From Escherichia coli (GTDB lineage Bacteria > Pseudomonadota > Gammaproteobacteria > Enterobacterales > Enterobacteriaceae): a stretch of DNA of 64,000 nucleotides. Below, in pieces: positions 31,759 to 41,212 of the stretch. Location of the stretch: NCBI RefSeq assembly GCF_013122565.1, contig NZ_CP053258.1; one strand, written 5' to 3'. How positions within the stretch are numbered: position 1 is the stretch's first letter; the number at the start of each line of letters is the position of its first letter. Made by a program: the position numbers and the translations under genes. Below the pieces are notes generated by a model. That model was given only the letters and a program-made list of their open reading frames with translations, searched no databases and was not told the origin of the DNA.

Positions 31759-32199
31759 ATGCAGAAATATATTTTCAGTGCCGATAAAAATGCGTTTTTC
31801 CCTGTGGAGCTTAAAATCGCTTATCAGGAATCCGGCGAATGGCCCGATGATGGAATCGAAATTGACGACACTGTTGCCGCCGAATTTATGAAGGAAGCAC
31901 CAGAAGGAAAATACAGAGGTGTCATCGACGGAATGCCTGCATGGATTGATATTCCACCGCCAACTCATGAGGAACAAATTGCCGCAGCCGAATTGGAAAA
32001 GCAGCAATTGATTAATCAGGTCAACGAATACATAAACAGTAAGCAATGGCCTGGTAAAGCGGCGATTGGTCGCCTGAAAGGTGAGGAACTGGCGCAATAT
32101 AATTTGTGGCTGGATTATCTGGACACACTGGAACTGGTCGATACTTCCGGTGCGCCAGATATTGAATGGCCTACGCCTCCGGCAGTTCAGGCCAGATGA
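31759..32199 (+). CDS. tail fibre assembly protein (alternative, Tfa')
   Basis: 146-aa ORF with conserved Tfa C-terminal pattern (..WPTPP..). Confidence 0.7.
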   Translation: MQKYIFSADKNAFFPVELKIAYQESGEWPDDGIEIDDTVAAEFMKEAPEGKYRGVIDGMPAWIDIPPPTHEEQIAAAELEKQQLINQVNEYINSKQWPGKAAIGRLKGEELAQYNLWLDYLDTLELVDTSGAPDIEWPTPPAVQAR

Positions 32200-32764
32200 C
32201 ATCCGGCGCAGTGCTGGTATCTGTTACCGTCACCGCGTCAATATAATCCAGCACGGCGTTAAGTCGGGTTGTTTCTGCCTGCGTCAGCTTCCGCCCGGCC
32301 TGTAATTTCAGTTGAATCAGACTGATGGAAGCCATTGCAGCATCGATCAGCGACTGGCGCTGTGCTTCTGCCGCGTCTACTGCGGCACTATGCTGTGCCT
32401 CAGTATCTGTCACCCATTTCTCACCATCCCATTTATCGTATGGCGTTAACGGTGAAAGCGTGACATAACCGTCTTTGATGGCACCGATATAATCCACTGT
32501 AACAGCTGCGCCATTTTCTGTTGAGTAAACAGTCTCATTGCGATGGTCTTCTTCATGGCTCCATCCCTTACCCGTAAATACTGCCACTCTTCCCGGAATG
32601 TATTCGCCCGGGTCAATACCAGTGGAACAGGCGGGCATACTTACGCCAGTATTAATATATTCATCAGACCAGCCAGTATATTCATACGTAACTGCCTCAT
32701 AATAAAAACAACGCATATTACCAGGTACTGTAGCCAGCCCATTTTCATCAAAAACAGGTTTCAT
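32171..32764 (-). CDS. G: tail fibre assembly protein G
   Basis: 197-aa ORF directly downstream of H; Tfa-like C-terminus (..VIWPELPEA). Confidence 0.75.
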   Translation of the reverse strand: MKPVFDENGLATVPGNMRCFYYEAVTYEYTGWSDEYINTGVSMPACSTGIDPGEYIPGRVAVFTGKGWSHEEDHRNETVYSTENGAAVTVDYIGAIKDGYVTLSPLTPYDKWDGEKWVTDTEAQHSAAVDAAEAQRQSLIDAAMASISLIQLKLQAGRKLTQAETTRLNAVLDYIDAVTVTDTSTAPDVIWPELPEA

Positions 32765-34278
32765 TATGCAGCCCTCACAATATAATTAAAGGCGATGTTA
32801 CGTGGACGGTTTTCATTAGCTGTTGGCACGACACGAGAGGCGTCGAATCCAAGGTCATCGGTTTTGCCTATAGCAGTTGTGTTATTCGCCATTGTCGCTG
32901 ATCGTGTTCCTGCATCGTAAAAAGCCCCTCTGATTGCATCAAAAGACATGCCGATCCCGCCATCTGCGAATCCCTCAATATTTCTTATTGCATCCCCCTG
33001 TGAAGATAATAATTGTCGCCCGGCATCCACTCCACGTCCGTCATCCCAGCCACGAATAAATTCACCGCGTAAATCAGGCAATTTATTTGTCGGATAAACC
33101 TTTGCCAGTTCCGGGTATTCTTCAGCAGAAAAAGCCGCACCATTGCATTTTAGCCAGCCTGTTGGCGGAGTGGCGGAAGGCCACGGGACAGGCACACCAA
33201 CGGGTAATGCCGAACCTTCTCCCAAACCAAGGTATGCGAGAAGACCAGCCACATCCTTTCCACTCAAATTGGTAAGCGTATTGTCCAGCGGTTGTTTACC
33301 TGCCAGCGCATTAAGCATTGTCGTGGCAAAGTTCGGATCATTCCCCAGTGCCGCCGCCAGTTCGTTCAGTGTATCCAGTGCCGCGGGTGCAGAACCCACC
33401 ATTGCTGCAATCGCTGATTTCACAAAAGCCGTAGTGGCAATCTGTGTATTGTTGACCGACTGCGCCGCCGTGGGGGCTGTTGGCGTTCCGGTGAGTGCCG
33501 GACTCGATAGCGGCGCTTTCAGTGCCAGCGCATTGTTAATGGTGGTACTGAATTTCGGATCATTGTTAATGGCTACAGCTATTTCTTTCAGCGTGTCCAG
33601 CGTGGCTGGCGCACCATTAATAAGAGCCGTCAGTGCCGCCTGAACAAACTCGGTGGTCGCAACCTGCGTGGTGTTATTCCCCGCCGCTGGCGTTGGCGCT
33701 TTGGGTGTCCCGGTAAACGTAGGACTTTCTTTCTGTGCATACTGTGAATGCGGGTCCGGTGCGGCAAGATGTTTTGCCATCTGATCATCTGCGTACACCT
33801 TCAGCTCCAGTACCTTATCATCCACATACTTGCGGGTTGCCAGCACTACGGCAGGGTCGATTTTCAGGGTGATATTGTCCGTGCTGCTGGTAATCAACAC
33901 CATACGCACGGTCTGGGTACGCCCGCTGCCTTCAGCCAGTTGCGGCTTATAACTTTCCGGGCAGTTGCCCACGGCAATCAATGCCCCGGACTCATCAAAC
34001 AGGCCCACTTCACGTATCCACCAACCGCCCTCGTTTTCAGGGATCACCTGTTCAGCAATAATCTGGCTGCTGTTCTGCGGGTCGATATAGAGCATATTCA
34101 GCGCAGCCCGGCGTTTCTCATTTACCAATGCTGTCTGCTTTGCGTCCGGCGTTGGCAATGTTCCACCGCCATCGCCGACCGCCATATGGGTAATTTTTAA
34201 AGGCACACCGAGCGCGGCGGCGCTGGCAAGGTTCGCCGCGCCAATATCCGTCAGCAGGGTATAAAATTTTGTGCTCAT
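32764..34278 (-). CDS. H: tail fibre protein H
   Basis: 504-aa ORF, Ala/Thr-rich repeats; P2 H position. Confidence 0.8.
   Translation of the reverse strand: MSTKFYTLLTDIGAANLASAAALGVPLKITHMAVGDGGGTLPTPDAKQTALVNEKRRAALNMLYIDPQNSSQIIAEQVIPENEGGWWIREVGLFDESGALIAVGNCPESYKPQLAEGSGRTQTVRMVLITSSTDNITLKIDPAVVLATRKYVDDKVLELKVYADDQMAKHLAAPDPHSQYAQKESPTFTGTPKAPTPAAGNNTTQVATTEFVQAALTALINGAPATLDTLKEIAVAINNDPKFSTTINNALALKAPLSSPALTGTPTAPTAAQSVNNTQIATTAFVKSAIAAMVGSAPAALDTLNELAAALGNDPNFATTMLNALAGKQPLDNTLTNLSGKDVAGLLAYLGLGEGSALPVGVPVPWPSATPPTGWLKCNGAAFSAEEYPELAKVYPTNKLPDLRGEFIRGWDDGRGVDAGRQLLSSQGDAIRNIEGFADGGIGMSFDAIRGAFYDAGTRSATMANNTTAIGKTDDLGFDASRVVPTANENRPRNIAFNYIVRAA
33216..33240. repeat. invertase crossover site, left copy inside H
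   Basis: cttctcccaaaccaaggtatgcgag; inverted copy of site at 31388..31412. Confidence 0.65.
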
Positions 34279-34880
34279 GGATTCACTCTCATTGTGTCAA
34301 TAACATGGACCGCCCCACCTTCATGCGCGGTGCCGCCGGAAATAATTGTTTCGTTGATATACGGATAGATCGTGATTTCTTCGCCAAGATAGCTGGCGGC
34401 TCCCACCCAATGCGGGCCGCTGGTCTGCAGGTTGATGGACATGCCGATCATGTGACGGCTACATGGTTTGGCATCGCTTATCAGTCGCTCAAGTTCCAGA
34501 TAGGTATCTTCAGTGATGCCCTGGTCCTGCACGCCGATATCCAGACGAAACGTGCCCGGTGCCTCTCCGGTCTGCCACCACTCAATAATGCGGATCAGAA
34601 AACCGAACGGCTCCACCACCCGCCGCACGGCACTGGTGGTCCCTTTATGCTGATGAATATAAAAAGCATCCTTCACCACCTGGCGCTTGACGCTTTCTGT
34701 CCAGCCCTCGTCCCAGCGATCCACAGAGAACGCCCAGGCGAGATAAGGCAGGAAACTGATCGGACAGGTTGCCGGATTCCACAAGTCACGCAGCGGCACC
34801 TGCAGATCAGAAATCCCGCTACAGGTCTGCGCCAGTCGGCGCTCCAGTGAAGTTGAACCCGGTGGCAGCAGACTATTCAT
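34275..34880 (-). CDS. I: baseplate assembly protein I
   Basis: 201-aa ORF at P2 I position. Confidence 0.8.
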   Translation of the reverse strand: MNSLLPPGSTSLERRLAQTCSGISDLQVPLRDLWNPATCPISFLPYLAWAFSVDRWDEGWTESVKRQVVKDAFYIHQHKGTTSAVRRVVEPFGFLIRIIEWWQTGEAPGTFRLDIGVQDQGITEDTYLELERLISDAKPCSRHMIGMSINLQTSGPHWVGAASYLGEEITIYPYINETIISGGTAHEGGAVHVIDTMRVNP

Positions 34881-35781
34881 CCGTTCCTCCGTTGGTCACG
34901 CTCCACTGCGTACATGATGCCGCCTGCGTTTTGTTCAGAACCACATCCGCCAGCGGAGAAGCCAGTTCCACACGTTGAACACCTTCAACATGCAGCGCGG
35001 CAAAAATAGCACTACGGCGAATATCCCGACCGAGCCGCGTCTGACTGGCGATGTACCTCTGCAGGCTGACTTTTGCCGCTGCCATTACCGGCTCTGCTTC
35101 CGGTCCCGGATAAAGAAAAATGGTGGCTTCCACACGGTACGGGATGATTTCTGCGCTGCGAACCGTCAGACGGTCAGCCACCGGGCGGACGTTCTCACTG
35201 TTCAGGGCTTTCTCCACCACGTCCAGTAAGTCTTTTTCTGCAGTTCCGTCGCCTTCGCGACTCAGGACAGTCAGCACCACCTCTGCAGGTGCCGGACTGG
35301 TTGCACTGGCATCCGCCACCCGACCGTCGGCGCTTCGGGCATGAAATTCATAAGCTGCAGTTGGCCCCGCAACTGAAAGTCCTTCAAAGGCTGCAGGCAC
35401 ACGCAGGCGTAACGCTTCATCACTTTCCATCACAGCCGCAACAGGCGGTACAGCGTCATCATCAGCAGGTGTCACCGTCAGGCGTTTCACGTTGTAGTTG
35501 GCAGCAATTTGGTCAAGGTCTCCGCCCATCGCGTAAGCCACCATCACCGCCTGCGCGGCTTCGTTAATGCGCTGGCGCAGAAGCAATTCACGGTAAGCGT
35601 TCTCCTGCAACAATTTGGTGACGGGTTCAGATTCAAGCTCCAGCGTACGCATCACTGCTTCCTGCTCATCTTTCGGATGAAGCGCCACAAATTCGGCCTT
35701 GCGTTCGGAAAGCAGCGTCTCAAAGTCCGGCACATCCACAATCTGCGGCGCAGGTAACTGCGAAAGGTCAATCACTGCCAT
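34873..35781 (-). CDS. J: baseplate assembly protein J
   Basis: about 302-aa ORF (start at internal Met), P2 J position. Confidence 0.8.
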   Translation of the reverse strand: MAVIDLSQLPAPQIVDVPDFETLLSERKAEFVALHPKDEQEAVMRTLELESEPVTKLLQENAYRELLLRQRINEAAQAVMVAYAMGGDLDQIAANYNVKRLTVTPADDDAVPPVAAVMESDEALRLRVPAAFEGLSVAGPTAAYEFHARSADGRVADASATSPAPAEVVLTVLSREGDGTAEKDLLDVVEKALNSENVRPVADRLTVRSAEIIPYRVEATIFLYPGPEAEPVMAAAKVSLQRYIASQTRLGRDIRRSAIFAALHVEGVQRVELASPLADVVLNKTQAASCTQWSVTNGGTDE

Positions 35782-36127
35782 TCTCTGCTCCTGTTGATAC
35801 GGAAAGGGAAACAGGCACACCGTTATTCCGCCGCCCGGTCAGCTCCACCACCATTGAACCGTCAAAATTGCTGTTGATGGTGATGGAATCCAGCGTCATC
35901 CTTGGCTCCCAGCGACTCAGCGCCACATACACTGCCGACATGACCTGCAGGTGTAATGCCGGATTTTGTGGCTGGTCTATCAGTGCCGACAGCAGGGAAC
36001 CATATTCCCGACGGGCAATGCGGCTACCCTGCGGCGTCAGCAAAATGTCCCGCACCGACTGGCGCAGATGGTCCGTGTCTGTAATAGTTTTTCCGTTGTT
36101 CTGACTCATGCCGATATACAGCGTCAT
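35768..36127 (-). CDS. W: baseplate protein W
   Basis: 119-aa ORF at P2 W position. Confidence 0.8.
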   Translation of the reverse strand: MTLYIGMSQNNGKTITDTDHLRQSVRDILLTPQGSRIARREYGSLLSALIDQPQNPALHLQVMSAVYVALSRWEPRMTLDSITINSNFDGSMVVELTGRRNNGVPVSLSVSTGAENGSD

Positions 36128-36702
36128 ACCGGGCCTCCGGTTGTATCGCCGCCTTTCAGGACGCCAGTATGCTGATGCGCATCAACCACGATCCCGTTAG
36201 AACTCATCGCTCCGCCGCCCTGGGTAACGCCACCATTGATCACAACTTCGCTGTTAATGCGCGTGCGGTCAGCCTCCAGTACAAACTCACTGGTTTTCAG
36301 GGTGATATTGTCAGCGGCCTCAATGACCATGGATTTGATGCCCCTGACATACCAGCGCCCGGTGGCGGGTTCGTATTCAAACCAGCCACCGTCTGGGTAC
36401 TCAACCACGTTGCCGTCCTCAGAGTCTGAAGGTGGTGGAAACTGATTTGAGTAGACAGCAGGCAGGGCAAACGCGGTTTCCAGATTGCCACCCAGGCTGA
36501 ACAGCACAACCTGCTCGCCCACAGACGGTTTCCACCAGGTGCGCGATTTGCCCGCGCGCAGTGTCAGCCAGTTAATCCAGTTGGTTTCGAGGTCGCCCGT
36601 TTTCACCCGACACAGCCAGTTTTCCCGGTCCACTTCGGTGACTACACCTGTGCGAATCAGATTGGTGATAAGGCGCATGATTTCGGTTAGTTGTGCATTC
36701 AT
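36124..36702 (-). CDS. V: baseplate spike protein V
   Basis: 192-aa ORF at P2 V position. Confidence 0.8.
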   Translation of the reverse strand: MNAQLTEIMRLITNLIRTGVVTEVDRENWLCRVKTGDLETNWINWLTLRAGKSRTWWKPSVGEQVVLFSLGGNLETAFALPAVYSNQFPPPSDSEDGNVVEYPDGGWFEYEPATGRWYVRGIKSMVIEAADNITLKTSEFVLEADRTRINSEVVINGGVTQGGGAMSSNGIVVDAHQHTGVLKGGDTTGGPV

Positions 36703-36750
36703 GTCGACGATATTTGCACAAACATATATTGTGGGACATTGAGTCAGAAA

Positions 36751-36768
36751 TGTATGACTTACTACACA
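36751..36768 (-). promoter_or_regulatory. Ogr-type late promoter dyad TGT-N12-ACA upstream of V operon
   Basis: tgtatgacttactacaca about 50 bp upstream of V start. Confidence 0.5.
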
Positions 36769-36795
36769 ATGTTTATCCGCGCAAAGGAGTTACAG

Positions 36796-37701
36796 ATGAC
36801 ACAAATCGGTATCTATGGATATTGCTTCACGAAAGAATTTACTTTTAAAGGAGGGACACTGATACCTCGTTACAAATCCTTTAAGGAACTAAAAGAGAAT
36901 AAATGCGATGGAAGCGAATATGTATTAAGTGGATTTTTCTCTCCCGCACATGCTTCTGAAAACACCGTCACTCAAATAATTTATGATCTTTCAGCTGTTT
37001 TAAGTTTCATTGAACAAAAAAATGTAATCATATCAAACTTCCTAGAGGAACATGAAACACCTGAAAAGTTAGATAATAATTTCCCACTAAAATTGAAGTC
37101 AAAAAGAAAGTCATCACTAGGAATAATTGTTGAAGATTACTTCTCTGAAAAGAGTCGCTCAGCGTTCATTGAGCTTGCGATGGATAAACTTCATAGAAAT
37201 ATTAATTCTCATCAAAACCCTTTTAGAACTGCGTTCTATAAGTCTATATTTTCTTTTAGGGAAAGAATGGACTATGTAGATGTTAAATACTTCCTTAATT
37301 TCTCAGCATTAGAATCCCTGTGCAGATATATCGATAACGAGTCGACATCTAGTTATACACCACAAATAATTACAAAGGTTTTAAAAGATTATGGTTTTAA
37401 TGTATCTAAAGAAGGCAACCCTGTACCACAAAGAAACGTGATTCACTATTGCACGCTTCGAAACTCTCTATTCCACAATGGAAATTATATTGGATACATT
37501 AAGAAAGATGATCCAAGCAGTATCATTAAATTAAGTGATTATTATTCAAATCTAAATTTACTTTTACCTTTAGTATTAATGAAATATATAGGATTCGATG
37601 ATGGATTAATTAACTGGGACTCATGGATAGACTATGAACCATTTCTCGCCCTCAGGCCTAAAAACTTAACTCCATCGAATGGTAAACAATCAATTAGATA
37701 G
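36796..37701 (+). CDS. hypothetical moron protein with Rx4H (HEPN-like) motif
   Basis: 301-aa ORF (MTQIGIYGYCF...), RBS aggag upstream, about 33% GC, opposite strand to flanking tail genes; ..CTLRNSLFHNG.. motif. Confidence 0.6.
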   Translation: MTQIGIYGYCFTKEFTFKGGTLIPRYKSFKELKENKCDGSEYVLSGFFSPAHASENTVTQIIYDLSAVLSFIEQKNVIISNFLEEHETPEKLDNNFPLKLKSKRKSSLGIIVEDYFSEKSRSAFIELAMDKLHRNINSHQNPFRTAFYKSIFSFRERMDYVDVKYFLNFSALESLCRYIDNESTSSYTPQIITKVLKDYGFNVSKEGNPVPQRNVIHYCTLRNSLFHNGNYIGYIKKDDPSSIIKLSDYYSNLNLLLPLVLMKYIGFDDGLINWDSWIDYEPFLALRPKNLTPSNGKQSIR

Positions 37702-38136
37702 CCAGCGCAATAATACATCGTGGGTTAAGGATTCTACGTCATCATTAATACCTAACAAACGACGCTCTGCGTAACGGACCTCCGGTCCTTTGCGACTAAC
37801 GCGATCACGCAGGCCGTAATGGTGAACACGGGCAATACGCTGCACCTTGCCTTCAAACTGTACGCTGGCAGAGTCGGCGCTGGCGGCAGTTTTCAGGTAT
37901 TTTGTGGTGCGCAGCTTTGCAAACATCTGACGTTTGATGCGCCCCTTCTTGCTACGTGCTGTTACCCTGCGCGGTTCATAACTGCTGCCATCTGGATTGC
38001 GCTGCATCCTGATATTCTGCTGCTGTGTCCGGCGCAGTTCCTGCGCCAGCTGGCGCATCATGCGGCTTCTCGTGGCTGGTTCCAGATTCGCCAGCAAGGC
38101 ACTCAGCCAGTCGTCCACCTTCTGCAGTTCAGCCAC
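37690..38136 (-). CDS. S: tail completion protein S
   Basis: 148-aa ORF at P2 S position. Confidence 0.8.
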   Translation of the reverse strand: MAELQKVDDWLSALLANLEPATRSRMMRQLAQELRRTQQQNIRMQRNPDGSSYEPRRVTARSKKGRIKRQMFAKLRTTKYLKTAASADSASVQFEGKVQRIARVHHYGLRDRVSRKGPEVRYAERRLLGINDDVESLTHDVLLRWLSN

Positions 38137-38581
38137 GTTTCACCGTCCACATTTCTTCAGGTGCATCAGGTTCCGCTACAGCTTCAACGCTCGACACACT
38201 GCCGTCAGTGCTGACCAGCACACGCTCCGTCAGTTGCAGGTTCAGGCTGATATCACAGACATCGTTGCGCAGAATATCCACCTCAAAGGTGAATAGCTTT
38301 TCCCGTAACGCCAGGTTATTGATAGCATCGGGCTGGTTATCCCTCAGCCACAGCAAAACCGGGGCCATCAGCAGATTCTGGTCGCCGCTGAAATCCTCAA
38401 TCACCACGTTCAGGGTGTAACGGTACTCCCATGACATGGAGCTGGCCCCCGTGGCAACCAGCGAACCGTTATCCACAAACAGATGCAGTTTGTCCGGGTT
38501 ATTGCGGACATAAGGCACCGCTTTATTGAGGGCGTGGCGCAGGGATTGTGGTTTGTTCACTGTTTCGCTCCTGACACGCAA
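38129..38581 (-). CDS. R: tail completion protein R
   Basis: about 150-aa ORF at P2 R position; start uncertain. Confidence 0.75.
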   Translation of the reverse strand: MRVRSETVNKPQSLRHALNKAVPYVRNNPDKLHLFVDNGSLVATGASSMSWEYRYTLNVVIEDFSGDQNLLMAPVLLWLRDNQPDAINNLALREKLFTFEVDILRNDVCDISLNLQLTERVLVSTDGSVSSVEAVAEPDAPEEMWTVKRG

Positions 38582-38813
38582 TAATCATGTCCACTTTGTC
38601 TGCACAGACCGCCCAGGCGGCCTCCGTTTCATCCAGCAACGCGTTCAGATTACCGTTAGTGCGCGGCGTTGCCTGATCCAGCCGACACGGCGTCACTCGC
38701 GGACAACCACTGACGGTAAGCTGCACCTCCGGTGAGTGTCGGACGTTCCCGCAGCCGGATAATGTCAGCAGGCAAAGGAGTATCAGCCCAGCGGCGTAAA
38801 TCCTCGTTCTCAC
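38523..38813 (-). CDS. lysC: o-spanin lipoprotein (LysC/Rz1-like)
   Basis: 96-aa ORF with lipobox LTLSGC, Pro-rich, overlapping lysB in another frame. Confidence 0.65.
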   Translation of the reverse strand: MRTRIYAAGLILLCLLTLSGCGNVRHSPEVQLTVSGCPRVTPCRLDQATPRTNGNLNALLDETEAAWAVCADKVDMIIACQERNSEQTTIPAPRPQ

Positions 38814-39084
38814 GTTTCAGTTCCTCAATCCGATGTTGTCGTTGTCTCAGCAGTGCACTGGTCTGTTCTGCTTCGGCGTAGAGCCGCGCCTGCTCCCGGT
38901 TGTTGGTTTCAGCCAGAATGGACAGACTGATCAGCTGGCTATTTTTCTTCGTTAGTTCGTGCGCTTTACTTTTCAGCGCCGCGCGCTGCGTTTCGATGGT
39001 ATGGCTGGCGCTGTTAAGCCGCCACGACTGCCAGCCCAGCGCAACGAGTGCCAGCGCCGCCACTACCGCCAGCGCACGTGTCAT
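38656..39084 (-). CDS. lysB: i-spanin (LysB/Rz-like)
   Basis: 142-aa ORF with N-terminal TM and coiled-coil. Confidence 0.75.
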   Translation of the reverse strand: MTRALAVVAALALVALGWQSWRLNSASHTIETQRAALKSKAHELTKKNSQLISLSILAETNNREQARLYAEAEQTSALLRQRQHRIEELKRENEDLRRWADTPLPADIIRLRERPTLTGGAAYRQWLSASDAVSAGSGNAAH

Positions 39085-39596
39085 AGTCCAGCTCCTTTAA
39101 GGCACCAGGCCATCTCCCGCGCACGGCGGTTATCCAGCCCCTGATTAAACACACCTTTTACATACACCCAGCGCGGCAACTGTCGGCACGCATCCGCCCA
39201 GCGCCGCTGATTGAGCAATTTCACCAGCGTGGAACTACAGGCATTGCCCGTCCCCACGTTGAAGGCAAACGACACCGTAGCGTCATACACCTTCTGCGGT
39301 GGCTGTTGCTTCACACACCTTTCCAGCGCCCGCTCCACACGCAGCACGTTGGAGATCAGCCCTTCTGCTGCCTGTCGCTCCGTGATTGTTTTGCCGGGAA
39401 TGACGCCCGATGTATTACCAATGCCGTCGGTCCAGACACCCGCGCTGCACTGATACGGCTGCAGACGACAGCCTTCGTAATCGGCGATCAGTTTCAGTCC
39501 CTCCACGGAGGTGTGAAGCTGCTGAAAACCCGGCAGCGTGGCAGCAATAGCCAGCACAGCCCCGACAAGGCAGCGTTTAACGATTGATGGATTCAT
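39081..39596 (-). CDS. K: endolysin (lysozyme family, N-terminal signal-anchor-release-like segment)
   Basis: 171-aa ORF with hydrophobic N-terminus (CLVGAVLAIAATL) followed by lysozyme-like domain. Confidence 0.8.
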   Translation of the reverse strand: MNPSIVKRCLVGAVLAIAATLPGFQQLHTSVEGLKLIADYEGCRLQPYQCSAGVWTDGIGNTSGVIPGKTITERQAAEGLISNVLRVERALERCVKQQPPQKVYDATVSFAFNVGTGNACSSTLVKLLNQRRWADACRQLPRWVYVKGVFNQGLDNRRAREMAWCLKGAGL

Positions 39597-39792
39597 AGTC
39601 CTCCCGCGAGATCTGCCCGTCGCGCAGAAGCTGGTAGGCTTTGTGTTTGTAGTACCAGTTGATAGCCAGCATCAGCACACCGATCATCAGGCCGCCCAGC
39701 GTTGAGGCATCCTTGATGGACAAATCACCCAGCCAGGCCAGCACAACGGCGATGCAATACGTGATAAAGGCGCTGATTCGCTCAAGCGTCAT
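39577..39792 (-). CDS. holin (two-TM, pinholin-like)
   Basis: 71-aa ORF with two hydrophobic helices and charged C-terminus, directly upstream of endolysin. Confidence 0.7.
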   Translation of the reverse strand: MTLERISAFITYCIAVVLAWLGDLSIKDASTLGGLMIGVLMLAINWYYKHKAYQLLRDGQISREDYESINR

Positions 39793-39795
39793 AAT

Positions 39796-39999
39796 TCAGT
39801 CCCATAGCTGGACGGTCTGCACGGTGGTGGTGGTCGGAATGTCCGGCAGCTCCACCTGCAGCCCGTGAGGTAAAAAGGGGCCAAATTCGGCAAGCCCCGG
39901 ATTTGCCTTCAGTACCTGCTCCGTGACACCCTGCGTGCGCCCGTAATGACGCCAGCAAAGCGCGTCCACCGTGTCATACTGATGCGCACGCACTTTCAT
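39796..39999 (-). CDS. X: tail protein X
   Basis: 67-aa ORF at P2 X position. Confidence 0.8.
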   Translation of the reverse strand: MKVRAHQYDTVDALCWRHYGRTQGVTEQVLKANPGLAEFGPFLPHGLQVELPDIPTTTTVQTVQLWD

Positions 40000-40526
40000 C
40001 AGATAAGCTCCACTGTGCAGTGCGGCGCATCCTGTACCCGGCAGATGGCCCAGCGGGCGTCACGCCACAAATCACCGCTGGCTTCTGCCAGTTCCTCGCC
40101 CCGCTTCACACCGGATGCCGTGGCGTCATAGTCCTGGTAACGTTCGTTGAGCATGGCGCGAGCCCAGCAGTAAACCGCGTTGAAATAGTGCTGAATTCGC
40201 TCGCTTTTCCCGTCCAGCTGTTCCGCCGGAACCTCTGCCAGCGAGGCATATCCCAGCATCTGCTGGCGTCTGCGAAACTCATACAGCTCTGCGTTGACCT
40301 CCGAAATTGCCGACAGCGCAACCTGCTTTAAACGCGGCTGCGTCACCGTGCCGTCAGTGCGCATCACACTGCGAAACTCCGACAGGTCCACATCAGGCCA
40401 GAACGGCGTATTTCTGATGATTTCCGCCTGTTCCGGTGCCTGTTCTGGCGCAACAAACTTCATGCTGCTTTCTCCTGAAATAGAGGGCGGTGGACGGGGT
40501 TTTGATGTGGCAGTGCCTTTCGCCAC
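39999..40526 (-). CDS. L: head completion protein L
   Basis: 175-aa ORF at P2 L position. Confidence 0.8.
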   Translation of the reverse strand: MAKGTATSKPRPPPSISGESSMKFVAPEQAPEQAEIIRNTPFWPDVDLSEFRSVMRTDGTVTQPRLKQVALSAISEVNAELYEFRRRQQMLGYASLAEVPAEQLDGKSERIQHYFNAVYCWARAMLNERYQDYDATASGVKRGEELAEASGDLWRDARWAICRVQDAPHCTVELI

Positions 40527-40558
40527 CCCGTGCCGCCCGTGCGCGGGGGCACGTTCTG

Positions 40559-41209
40559 TCAGCGGCTGTCATTGCGCAGTCTGCGCTCCAGCTGCTGTTT
40601 GTCTTTTTTCACGCCACAGCGGGGATCGAGCTGTAACGCATGGTTGAGATGATTAAGGGCGGAAGCCGGATTGCTTTCACTCAGGACAGCGCCAATCGCT
40701 TTATGCAGACGCGCCCGTGACTGGTCCGGCATATCCAGACCGTCTGTCAGCTCCAGCGTCTGCAGCAACAGATCGGCATCAAAGCCGGTGGCGGCAAGCA
40801 TTGCGCTCTGCGCGGCGTCTGCCATTTCCTCTGCCAGCACGGTCTGCACGTTGCGGTTACCCAGCGGCATCACCCAGCCATGACGCAGGGCATGACGCCC
40901 GATCTCCAGCGCCCCGGCATAATCTCCGGCATCAATACGCCACAGCATCACGTACATCAGCACGTCATCCTGTTGAGCGCCTCCGGCAGCCAGGACACCC
41001 TCTGCCCAGGCGGCGTACTTCGGCAGCAGCTCCACCTTGATTTCCGCTTTTTTGACCGTGGACTGAACGCCCTTGAGACGGCGGCGGTCTTCCGCCAGTT
41101 GCAGCAGCATCAGGTCATAGCCCGATGCGTGGCGAACACTGCCGCCCTCGCGGGCGGCCTGTTCAGCCTGAACGCGCAGGCGATGCTGCCGTGCGGGACT
41201 CAGGCTCAT
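40559..41209 (-). CDS. M: terminase small (endonuclease) subunit M
   Basis: 216-aa ORF at P2 M position. Confidence 0.8.
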   Translation of the reverse strand: MSLSPARQHRLRVQAEQAAREGGSVRHASGYDLMLLQLAEDRRRLKGVQSTVKKAEIKVELLPKYAAWAEGVLAAGGAQQDDVLMYVMLWRIDAGDYAGALEIGRHALRHGWVMPLGNRNVQTVLAEEMADAAQSAMLAATGFDADLLLQTLELTDGLDMPDQSRARLHKAIGAVLSESNPASALNHLNHALQLDPRCGVKKDKQQLERRLRNDSR

Positions 41210-41212
41210 GGA

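Larger units (their letters stand above)
31398..33230. other. invertible tail-fibre host-range segment (Mu G-segment-like)
   Basis: Bounded by inverted crossover sites; holds H variable 3' end plus tfa on minus strand and alternative fibre C-terminus plus tfa' on plus strand. Confidence 0.65.

Noticed and set aside
33143-34200. 166-aa and 150-aa plus-strand ORFs
   Set aside because: Antisense to tail-fibre gene H
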